Shown here piece after piece: positions 27,417 through 35,241 of a stretch of DNA of 64,000 nucleotides. Every line of letters starts with the position of its first letter. Positions within the stretch are counted from its first letter, which is position 1. The notes beneath the pieces were generated by a model. It worked only from the letters and a program-made list of their open reading frames with translations, did not search any database and was not told the origin of the DNA. The position numbers and the translations under genes are program-made. The stretch is from an uncultured virus (IMG/VR IMGVR_UViG_3300037400_006954) (Duplodnaviria > Heunggongvirae > Uroviricota > Caudoviricetes), in the IMG/VR virus record IMGVR_UViG_3300037400_006954, one strand, 5' to 3'.

Positions 27417-27784
27417 TTGTTCAAAAGCTTTACGTATTTCTTCTCGAGGTCCGACCTCTCCTCGTCGGTCAGCCTGGACGAGTCGAGCTTCCTCTTGGCA
27501 TCCATGATGTCGTTGAGCCAGTTCTCGTTCTCCATCTCCTCGATCTTCTTGTCGTAGAACTCCTTCTTCCTGGACAGGGCGATGAGCTTCGGGTCCTTGG
27601 ACTTCACGTACGAAGCCGCGGCTCCAAGGCCGGCGCCACCCGCTGCGCCTATTCCGGCCGCAAGCGTCAGGTACGCCATAAGCGACTCCTTCGACAAAGT
27701 GCTAAGCGGCAGAATCAGCTTGCTCAGCCTGGCCGCCTGCTTCTCCAGATCCACCGTGTCAGTCTTTTTAGTTGTTGTATCCAT
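27413..27784 (-). CDS. Hypothetical virion-associated protein
   Basis: 123 aa; EKQAA, a glycine zipper and a coiled coil. Confidence 0.6.
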   Translation of the reverse strand: MDTTTKKTDTVDLEKQAARLSKLILPLSTLSKESLMAYLTLAAGIGAAGGAGLGAAASYVKSKDPKLIALSRKKEFYDKKIEEMENENWLNDIMDAKRKLDSSRLTDEERSDLEKKYVKLLNK

Positions 27785-28106
27785 AGCTTGCTCCTATTGC
27801 TGTAGCCAGCCCGCGGCCAAACGGCCCCGCGCCAAGCATGTTCGAAACAAAATTGCCCGCAAGAGCGCCTATTCCGGCGTTTATGAGCTTCCTCGCAGGG
27901 GAATTAACGTCCACTCCGCTCCTTACTATTCCGTTCGCTATAGCCCTGGCCTTCCACGGCGGAAGTCCGTACGCCGGATTTCCCACTCCGTAGAGGACCT
28001 GCCCGGCTGTAAGAGGAGGAACGGCAAATGCAGGCGCCCCCTGGACCTGCGCAGGCCCGAAGAACGCCAGCTTCGTAAGCGCTATGTGTCTGTCTTTCCT
28101 AGTCAT
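27768..28106 (-). CDS. Hypothetical virion-associated protein
   Basis: 112 aa; TKLAF and a glycine-zipper C-terminus. Confidence 0.55.
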   Translation of the reverse strand: MTRKDRHIALTKLAFFGPAQVQGAPAFAVPPLTAGQVLYGVGNPAYGLPPWKARAIANGIVRSGVDVNSPARKLINAGIGALAGNFVSNMLGAGPFGRGLATAIGASYGYNN

Positions 28107-28109
28107 GGC

Positions 28110-28460
28110 TTAAGGGCGGAGGTTATCCAGGTTGTCTCCTATGTAGTCGATGATGTCGTCGGTAAGTCCCGACCTGTCCATGCCGTACAGCGCCGTTCCC
28201 CCGAGAAGCCCGCCGATGGTCCCGTTCAGCAGCCTGTTGCCTACGCTGCCGTCTGACATGGCGGTGGTGAGAACTCCGGTGGCAAGACCTCCCAGCAGGG
28301 CGCGACGCTTGTACCTATCCATGGCATTGTATCTTCTGACAAGTGCCTCCAGCGGACTGTCCTTTGCCTTCTTCTCAATACCGAAGATGCCGGAAACGTC
28401 GACGCCATGCGCCTTCGCTACCTTGCTGAATCCTGCCATATAGGCCTCTTTTGCGTTCAT
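28110..28460 (-). CDS. Leader-bearing small virion cargo protein
   Basis: 116 aa; EAYMAGFSKVAKAHGVDV...EKKA leader; two glycine-zipper helices; AAGGAGG RBS. Confidence 0.65.
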   Translation of the reverse strand: MNAKEAYMAGFSKVAKAHGVDVSGIFGIEKKAKDSPLEALVRRYNAMDRYKRRALLGGLATGVLTTAMSDGSVGNRLLNGTIGGLLGGTALYGMDRSGLTDDIIDYIGDNLDNLRP

Positions 28461-28509
28461 TCGGCGTTTCCTCCTTGAAATGTATACACTTATACTCCAG
28501 TCAGCCTTA

Positions 28510-28539
28510 ATTATATACTATCCGAATGCCGCGCGTCAA
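28510..28539 (-). promoter_or_regulatory. Sigma70-like promoter for the operon leading to the RNAP gene
   Basis: TTGACG-N18-TATAAT in an intergenic gap. Confidence 0.65.
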
Positions 28540-28542
28540 TAG

Positions 28543-29646
28543 CTAAAGAAAAGCAAACTGGTTCTGCAGCGGCAATGCGAGCGCGTCTGCCATGGACTTG
28601 TCCATGTCCAGGTACCTGTACGTCCCCAGCCTTCCGCCCAGTACCAGTCCAGGGACCTCTGAAGCAAGCTGCCTATAGCCTCCCAGAAGCGCCTCAGACT
28701 CCTTTCCGGCTATGGGATAGTACGGCTCGTCGCCGAGCTTCCACTGCCCAGGGTACTCTCTGGCGATGATCGTCTTCTCGATGGCCATGGTCTTCGAGTC
28801 CTCCGGATGGAAGTGCTTGAACTCGTGTATCCTGGTGAACGGCACCTCGATGTCTGGGTAGTTTAGCATCGAGGTACCCTGGAAGTCCTTGACGTCGAGA
28901 CGCTCCGTCTCGAACCTGAGCGTGCGCCACGGAAGGGCCCCTAGGCTGTACCCGAACAGCTCGTCTACGGGCCCGGAATAGTAGACGGGGACCTCGGGAA
29001 GCTCGTCGCCTCCTACCTTGAACTTGTCATCATCCAGCCTTATAGCGGCGTTGCACCTGACCTCGATGTTGGGGTGTGACAGCATCCTGGAGAACATGGC
29101 CGCATAGCCGTCCTTGGGAATTCCCTGGTTGTAGTCATTATAGTAGTTGACGTCGTAGTTGTCCCTGACCGGAATCCTCTTTATCACCGACGGATCTACA
29201 TCTTCCGGCGGCTTCCCCCACTGCTTTGCCGTGTATCCCCTGAAGAAGGCGTCGAATATGGCCTTGGAATGCGCCTCATCGGCCATAAACCCACTTACTT
29301 CACTGGGCTTGAGGTTTATGTTGAAGAAGCTGTTGATCAGGGACAGGCCAAGAGGCAGGTAGTAGGTCTTTCCCTTGTAGGTGGTCATGCCCTTGTGCTG
29401 ATAGCCGTTGAACTCCGTGAACCTGCGTATGAAATCCCAGACCTCAGGTATGCTGGTATGGAGGATGTGGGAGCCGTACAAATGGACTTCTATGCCAGTC
29501 TCACCGTCGAACTCGCACCTGGAGTTTCCGCCAACTGCCTCGCGCTTCTCCAGAACCAGGACCTTGAGTCCGGCCTCCGCCAGCCTCCTGGCCACCGTGC
29601 ACCCCCAGATGCCGGCCCCGGCCACAACTGCGTCTACTGTACTCAT
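28543..29646 (-). CDS. glf: UDP-galactopyranose mutase
   Basis: 367 aa; VAGAGIWG FAD motif, GGN, VHLYGSHILHT, GYTAKQWG, FTRIHEFKHFHP, EPYYP, GRLGTYRYLDMD. Confidence 0.95.
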   Translation of the reverse strand: MSTVDAVVAGAGIWGCTVARRLAEAGLKVLVLEKREAVGGNSRCEFDGETGIEVHLYGSHILHTSIPEVWDFIRRFTEFNGYQHKGMTTYKGKTYYLPLGLSLINSFFNINLKPSEVSGFMADEAHSKAIFDAFFRGYTAKQWGKPPEDVDPSVIKRIPVRDNYDVNYYNDYNQGIPKDGYAAMFSRMLSHPNIEVRCNAAIRLDDDKFKVGGDELPEVPVYYSGPVDELFGYSLGALPWRTLRFETERLDVKDFQGTSMLNYPDIEVPFTRIHEFKHFHPEDSKTMAIEKTIIAREYPGQWKLGDEPYYPIAGKESEALLGGYRQLASEVPGLVLGGRLGTYRYLDMDKSMADALALPLQNQFAFL

Positions 29647-30443
29647 CTTACTGCCCTCGCTACTGCGTTTGACACCATTGACGGATCGTACGTCGAAAAA
29701 TACCTAGGCCCTATCTCGTGTGACCCCATGGCCGGAACCAACTTCTGCAGAGTGGCCTCGTCGGTCAGGTCTATCCTGGCCCCCGGTTTCAGCCCTGTCT
29801 TCTGCCTGACGGACGCTAGGTACGCCGACTGGTTGTTCTCCTTTGCCGGTGCGTACCTGTTGACTACCCCCTCCAGGCTGTCTATCTTGTGCCTCCTGCC
29901 GTAGTTGAACAGGGTCCTGGCCATGGCCCTGACGCCCTGGTACGGATTTGAAAACGTAAGGAACTCGCCTGCCGCCGGGACACCGGTAGATCCCTGCCAC
30001 CTAGTCTTCCCGTCTGACCTGAGGTTGCCTGGGTTGTTCTGCCTGAAGCCCATCGGACCTGCGGAAGGAGCCACAGCGGCAGGTGCAGGCGTCGGAGCGG
30101 GCTTGGCAGCTGGTTTGGCAGAAACTGCAGACACCGGCGAGGATACCGGAATACTGTACGCTTTTCCGGCCCTGAACTTGGTTGCCGCAAGATTTCCGTT
30201 GGCCTTCAGGAACTGCGGGACGGTTATCTTGCTGCTGGGATGGGCCTTGTTGTATGCAGCGACGACATGACTGGGAGTCTGGCCTTTGGACAGAGTTACC
30301 GTCTTTCCGTCCTGGGAGAACGCCTGGGCCTTCTTCTCCTGGCCTGCTAAGCCATAGGCTAAAGATGACATGGCCATCGACGCTATTCTGTGCATGTATG
30401 TCATTTCTGCCTTCTTCTCCTCTCTGACTAGCTCAGTATGCAA
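29643..30443 (-). CDS. LysM plus lysozyme-like (NNPGN family) virion peptidoglycan hydrolase
   Basis: 266 aa; LysM-like TLSKGQTPSHV...FLKAN...YSIP; Pro/Ala linker; RQNNPGNLR...F...GVRAM...RYAPAKENNQSAY...HE; two N-terminal EKKA sites. Confidence 0.7.
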   Translation of the reverse strand: MHTELVREEKKAEMTYMHRIASMAMSSLAYGLAGQEKKAQAFSQDGKTVTLSKGQTPSHVVAAYNKAHPSSKITVPQFLKANGNLAATKFRAGKAYSIPVSSPVSAVSAKPAAKPAPTPAPAAVAPSAGPMGFRQNNPGNLRSDGKTRWQGSTGVPAAGEFLTFSNPYQGVRAMARTLFNYGRRHKIDSLEGVVNRYAPAKENNQSAYLASVRQKTGLKPGARIDLTDEATLQKLVPAMGSHEIGPRYFSTYDPSMVSNAVARAVR

Positions 30444-30445
30444 GC

Positions 30446-31786
30446 CTATTCAAATACAGGAATGTTGTAATTACGATGCAGCTCGTTCACCAGTCCTCTA
30501 CCAACTTTTCCTGTGTTTAAAGCCTTATTCAGCTTCATTCGAGCCAACCTAGACATTGCCTGTTCAATCTTAGTTTGTTTCGGGCGCATAACGTCAAGAA
30601 GAGGTGTCATGTCTATATACGTGAATCTATCGTCTGGAATACTGAGCACCATGTCAGGCTGATTTCTTGTCACATCCAAAAGTGTCTCAGGCCTATCATA
30701 TCCTGCATTTGACGCTGGTAATCTACCTGGTTTAGGTATACGTGTCTGTTCCGCTACATTTGTCATACTGAGGTTCTTTAATGCCCTCTCAGAGGATGGC
30801 TTTCTATAGAATACACCATTCTTGAGAGCCTTAGCGGCTTCCCAATCTTCATAGAACCCAACTCTACCTGACATCAATTCAGGAATTTTACGCATATCAT
30901 AAACGGAAACAAGCCCATTCGACTTAGACATGTCGTTTATGTACCATTTTGCCCATGTCAGATTAGGAGTTACATGCCGCATGTTATTCGCTTCACGCAT
31001 AACGTTTTCTGGTTTAACAACCAGACTTCCGGCTGTAGTAGACGACTTATCTGGACCAAAGACGGAAGGCGACGCACCAGATATATGCACAGGATCTTTG
31101 ACTGCACCTCTAAATAAAGGATGATCAGGTAGTAGTTTTACCACTTCATCATGGGAATATCTTGGCAAACTATCCTTACCGTTTAAAACCGATCTAAAAT
31201 TCTTACTTGTGTCATACTTACGCAAAAACCCGCGAAACTTTATCGAGTTCTTTATCTTTCTTAATAAAGAAGCCGTCTTCTCCATATCAAGATACTCTGT
31301 CTTTACCCTAGCCTGCTTCTCCTCCCGTACGAACTCCGGCGGTATCCTGCCTCCGGTGGTCTCCACGAAGTAGTGTGGAACTCCCTGGAACAGAAGGTGC
31401 TTCTTCTTCCTGTGCCAGTTTGGGCGCTCCTCCCTTACTTCATCCACAGGATCGGTGCCGCCACCCTTTCTGGCACGTCTGAGATGGGCTAATATTTTAG
31501 CCTTTATCAGGTCCTTAGTGCTAAAACTGTAGAGCTTGCGGTTCCTGGCGAACTCCAGGAAGTCCTCCGCAGCGTCTTCCGGAATGGGCTCGGTGAGAGC
31601 CGAGATGGCCTTGCTCCTGGTCCACTCCGGCTCCCACGAGTCCAGGACCTTCAGCACATCCTCCTTCTTGTACTTCCCCGTGCGGCCCCTGTACTTCTCG
31701 AAGCCCTTGTCAGACAGGGCAGTGGACAGCAGGCCCTCGGTGAGGGCCGTGTTGTCCTTGGGGAGATATGTGTAGAGTCTTGACAT
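30446..31786 (-). CDS. Putative virion polyprotein with two ADP-ribosyltransferase-like segments
   Basis: 446 aa; segment 1 RLYTY...EGLLS...RIPPEFV; junction EEKQA/MEKTAS; segment 2 PLFRG...HVTPNLTWAKWY...VSVYD...PETL. The ORF is solid; the ART call is motif-level only. Confidence 0.4.
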   Translation of the reverse strand: MSRLYTYLPKDNTALTEGLLSTALSDKGFEKYRGRTGKYKKEDVLKVLDSWEPEWTRSKAISALTEPIPEDAAEDFLEFARNRKLYSFSTKDLIKAKILAHLRRARKGGGTDPVDEVREERPNWHRKKKHLLFQGVPHYFVETTGGRIPPEFVREEKQARVKTEYLDMEKTASLLRKIKNSIKFRGFLRKYDTSKNFRSVLNGKDSLPRYSHDEVVKLLPDHPLFRGAVKDPVHISGASPSVFGPDKSSTTAGSLVVKPENVMREANNMRHVTPNLTWAKWYINDMSKSNGLVSVYDMRKIPELMSGRVGFYEDWEAAKALKNGVFYRKPSSERALKNLSMTNVAEQTRIPKPGRLPASNAGYDRPETLLDVTRNQPDMVLSIPDDRFTYIDMTPLLDVMRPKQTKIEQAMSRLARMKLNKALNTGKVGRGLVNELHRNYNIPVFE

Positions 31787-31790
31787 ACGG

Positions 31791-33035
31791 CTATGCCCCT
31801 GCTCCGTTAAAAAAGTCTTTCAGCTCTTTTACTGACGTAGTGGAGACCTCGGGAGAGGTATTAAGTAACATGTTCCTAAGCGCCAGGTAGTTAGGCGTAG
31901 CTATTGTTCTCAAGTTTCCGTCGGTATAGTAGGCTACAGGATTAGACTTAAAGTAGGCCTCTAGCTTCTTCAGGCCCCTTTTCCTGGCGAGCCTGGCAGC
32001 TCTATTGGTATATTTCCTGGCCATGTTCCACATTCCGGCGAAGTCCGTCTGCATGACGCCGCCTAATCTGGACATGTCTTCAGGGGTGACGCTGACACCG
32101 CTAAGCAAACGTCTTAGACTGGCTTCATCCCTACCTGTAAAAGTTGACCTTACCACTTCAGGCCTAAAGCCTGCCCTTCTAGACCCGTCGGCTACATCGT
32201 CCAGCCTAAAGTTGCCCCAGTTCGGGTTTTTCACCCCTAGCTGCCGGGCAAGGCGTTCGTAAAGCATGCGCTCATTTCTAAGTACTCCTGGCTGATGGGT
32301 GACCAAGTCGCCCAGGACCGACATCGGGTTATGCCATCTGTAGTTACCGCCATTGCGGAAATAACCCAGATATTCGTCTAGTTCATGGTTTGCAGTTATT
32401 ATATCGTGTAGTTTTGTCTTTGAAGTGTTAAAAATTGCCGATGCCCTGCCGTTGTTTACATTGGTTGTGATTCTAATGTTTCCAGGAATGTTTAGTATAT
32501 GTTCACCTGTTGAAGGGTCTAATGGTCTGCCCGGCAGCGCGTTAGGCATGTTTTTCCTGCTAGGCCTCACTCCGAACATCATTTTTCTATAGTTGTCTAC
32601 AGTAATTTTCCAGGAATGACCTGACTGAGCCCTGGGAGCGCCGGTATTGATCGTCAAAGGTATATGAAGGTCTTCGGCATGTCTGAATATACTTTCGAGC
32701 CTGGACTTGAGCATCTTTCTGGCGCCTTCTACATACTGCTTCCTTGACTGCAGCATGCCGAGCCCGCGAAGTCTTTCTATCTGTTCAAGGCTAAGCTTGC
32801 CTGCGTTGAGCATTCCCCTGAGCTTGGAAGCTGCACACTTGTCCATGAATCCCTGAATATATGCCTTCTTCTCCGGAAGCCCCTTGTGCTTCGTCTTGGC
32901 GAAATGCTCCGCGTCCTCGTCGGATATGCTCCTGGCGATTTCCTTTACGCTCTCGGGGGCGTCCTTGAGCTTGCCCTTCTGGTAGGCGTGCACCATTCCG
33001 AACAGGCGCTGCTGTGATTTAGACTTTGCTGGCAT
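31791..33035 (-). CDS. Virion cargo protein: DUF3008-like N-terminus, internal leader motif, AT-rich C-terminal domain
   Basis: 414 aa; MPAKSKSQQRLFGMV...FAKTKHKGLPEK (DUF3008-like), then AYIQGFMDKCAAS, then a domain containing NHELDEY. Confidence 0.6.
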   Translation of the reverse strand: MPAKSKSQQRLFGMVHAYQKGKLKDAPESVKEIARSISDEDAEHFAKTKHKGLPEKKAYIQGFMDKCAASKLRGMLNAGKLSLEQIERLRGLGMLQSRKQYVEGARKMLKSRLESIFRHAEDLHIPLTINTGAPRAQSGHSWKITVDNYRKMMFGVRPSRKNMPNALPGRPLDPSTGEHILNIPGNIRITTNVNNGRASAIFNTSKTKLHDIITANHELDEYLGYFRNGGNYRWHNPMSVLGDLVTHQPGVLRNERMLYERLARQLGVKNPNWGNFRLDDVADGSRRAGFRPEVVRSTFTGRDEASLRRLLSGVSVTPEDMSRLGGVMQTDFAGMWNMARKYTNRAARLARKRGLKKLEAYFKSNPVAYYTDGNLRTIATPNYLALRNMLLNTSPEVSTTSVKELKDFFNGAGA

Positions 33036-33067
33036 AGGCTACTCCTTTGCGTTGACATTTACACAAT

Positions 33068-33097
33068 ATTGTACAATATAATGCCGCCGCGCGTCAT
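33068..33097 (-). promoter_or_regulatory. Sigma70-like promoter
   Basis: ATGACG-N18-TACAAT; shares TGACGCGCGGC with the promoter at 28510-28539. Confidence 0.5.
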
Positions 33098-35214
33098 CTA
33101 ATAATTTTAAACCATGAAGTGTCCTTCAGGATCGCAGTGGGTCCCTTGAGAACCTCGTTTACCGCCTTGGAGACCCCTGACCACGTATAGTCGTGCCCTG
33201 ATATGACCTTGGGGTAGAGTCGCATTGAGCTCAGTATGTCGCGCTTCACAGACTCGTATTTGTGGCATGCGTCAATATAGACCAAGTCTGGTCTTACTTC
33301 TGGATGCTTTTCCACGAAGTCCTGCAGCGTACCCTTGAACTTGTGTATTTTTTGAGGATACATGCCCATTACAGTGTCGAAACGCTTCTCCACTGAGTCG
33401 AAGTCGCTTTTGCTGGCATTGTCGCCATCGTCGTATCCAGGAGACCACGGGTCTATGCACCACAAGGTGTCGACCCTGGGCGAACTGGCGAACGCCTTTG
33501 CGCTGTCCCCTGCATAGCTGCCGACCTCCAGCATGCAGATGTGGTCCATGCCGGTGAAGTCTAGAAACGTTCTGAGCATGACGCTGTCTTCTGACGACCT
33601 CATGCCGATTACATCCTTGTCGCCGGAAACACTGTCCCTGTTAAGCATGCAGTAGTTCCATACCATATAGCTCTTCACGGAATGGAACAGCTTGTCGGAC
33701 GGAATGCCGTTGACCATGTCGTATTCGGTATAACTGTACCCGCTGCAGCACTCGGACGCATATATGTCCAGGAACGACATCTCGTTTGACGCCACCGTTG
33801 GCCACAGGCATTCGTAGAATGAGTGCGGTTTGCCTCTCGACGAGCTGTACACTGCGGAAAGCTCGTTCAGCATGCGCCTCGACAGCCGGGCAATCGAGAG
33901 CAGCGACTTCAGCTGTCGGCCCCACTGTTGGTACTTCTTCGGAAAGTGGGACAGATGCCACCACATCCACCCAGACTCCCTGTAGCGAGGAGCCACCTTC
34001 TCGCACACCAGGTCGTGCGGATGCCTGTTCATGCGCTCGAAGAAGTCAGCCCAGTCCCCCGAGTAGCACACGTCGTACTCCACTATCCACATATAGTCGT
34101 AGTCCTTGTACTTTTCGGCCATTGTCATCGTGCCGTATGCCGCGGCACCGTGGTAGGCCCGGTCTCTGCCGATAGGCGCCCGGTACTCGTCAACGTCCAG
34201 TATGTTTGCTACGTCTTCATGCCATACGTCTTCCGGAAATTCCGCCTTTTTACCAGGCTGGAAGTTGTACCACCACAGCACGTCCATGTTCAGCCGCTTT
34301 GTGTCGTCGCGCAGCTTGTAGTAGCGCCACAGCGTCTCCTGGTCAACGACATGGCTCATGAAGACGATGAGCTGCCTCTTGCCTGACAGGTCGCACTCTC
34401 CGCCTACGAGGTCCTTGCAGGCCGCGGCGCAGGAGTACCATCCTGCCGACATGGCGTCATTCTCCTGTTCGGACTTCTGGGCGCCGGCGTAATGCCTTAT
34501 TAGCGGCTGATTGTCGCCGGACGGATTCTCGATGACGTTCAGCCTGCCGTCAAGCGAAGTGTCCACGTCCATGAAGACGTTTATGAAGTCCTGGTCGAGG
34601 CTGTGGAAATTGCCGCGCAGCTCTATGTTCCAGAACATCCTCAGCCTGTCTCTGTACCAGTCAAGGCCATTGGCGCGTATCCGCTCGAGATTGAAGAGGG
34701 TTACCCCTGCATTGCAGTAGTCTCTGTCGTGGGTGTTCCATTCCTTGAAGTACGGGTCCATTACGCTGTGCGCGTACTCGTCCACCTCCCTGTCCACCAG
34801 CCCGGGCGTCTTCTTCCTCCAGTCGTCGACGTCCGGGACCATCCTCATTTCATGCTCGCCCAGGTCCGAGTCGAAGACCAGGCCCTTGGCGTCTGGGGAC
34901 ATCACCAGCGTGTCCGTGTCGAGATACAGCACCCTGTCTGCGTCCTTGAACTCGTCGAGAAGCGGTATGGCCAGCCTGTACAGGTTAGCGAAGCTGCCGC
35001 CCCTGTTCCAGCCATACGGGAAGATGCCCACGTCGCGCAGCGCTCCGGAGGGGTTTATGACCTTTATGCCGTATACGTACGGATTCCAGTAGTGCTCCGT
35101 CAGCAGGACCAGCTCCACGTCGTCCCCGAAATGCTTCCTGACCGACCATGCCGACATCTCCAGCCTGGCGTAGTCGTTTCCGTCCGATGCATAGCAAACT
35201 ATCTTTCTGCCCAT
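33094..35214 (-). CDS. Tri-domain GT8 glycosyltransferase / second GT-A-like domain / class I SAM methyltransferase
   Basis: 706 aa; RVLYLDTDTLV, CNAGV, DQDFIN, HYAG (GT8); YDYMWIVEYDV (GT-A-like); LEVGSYAGDS, IDPW, LVYIDACHKYESV, GHDY (Methyltransf_24-like). Confidence 0.85.
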   Translation of the reverse strand: MGRKIVCYASDGNDYARLEMSAWSVRKHFGDDVELVLLTEHYWNPYVYGIKVINPSGALRDVGIFPYGWNRGGSFANLYRLAIPLLDEFKDADRVLYLDTDTLVMSPDAKGLVFDSDLGEHEMRMVPDVDDWRKKTPGLVDREVDEYAHSVMDPYFKEWNTHDRDYCNAGVTLFNLERIRANGLDWYRDRLRMFWNIELRGNFHSLDQDFINVFMDVDTSLDGRLNVIENPSGDNQPLIRHYAGAQKSEQENDAMSAGWYSCAAACKDLVGGECDLSGKRQLIVFMSHVVDQETLWRYYKLRDDTKRLNMDVLWWYNFQPGKKAEFPEDVWHEDVANILDVDEYRAPIGRDRAYHGAAAYGTMTMAEKYKDYDYMWIVEYDVCYSGDWADFFERMNRHPHDLVCEKVAPRYRESGWMWWHLSHFPKKYQQWGRQLKSLLSIARLSRRMLNELSAVYSSSRGKPHSFYECLWPTVASNEMSFLDIYASECCSGYSYTEYDMVNGIPSDKLFHSVKSYMVWNYCMLNRDSVSGDKDVIGMRSSEDSVMLRTFLDFTGMDHICMLEVGSYAGDSAKAFASSPRVDTLWCIDPWSPGYDDGDNASKSDFDSVEKRFDTVMGMYPQKIHKFKGTLQDFVEKHPEVRPDLVYIDACHKYESVKRDILSSMRLYPKVISGHDYTWSGVSKAVNEVLKGPTAILKDTSWFKIIR

Positions 35215-35241
35215 AACCTGGCTCTCCTGTGTGTTGAAACT

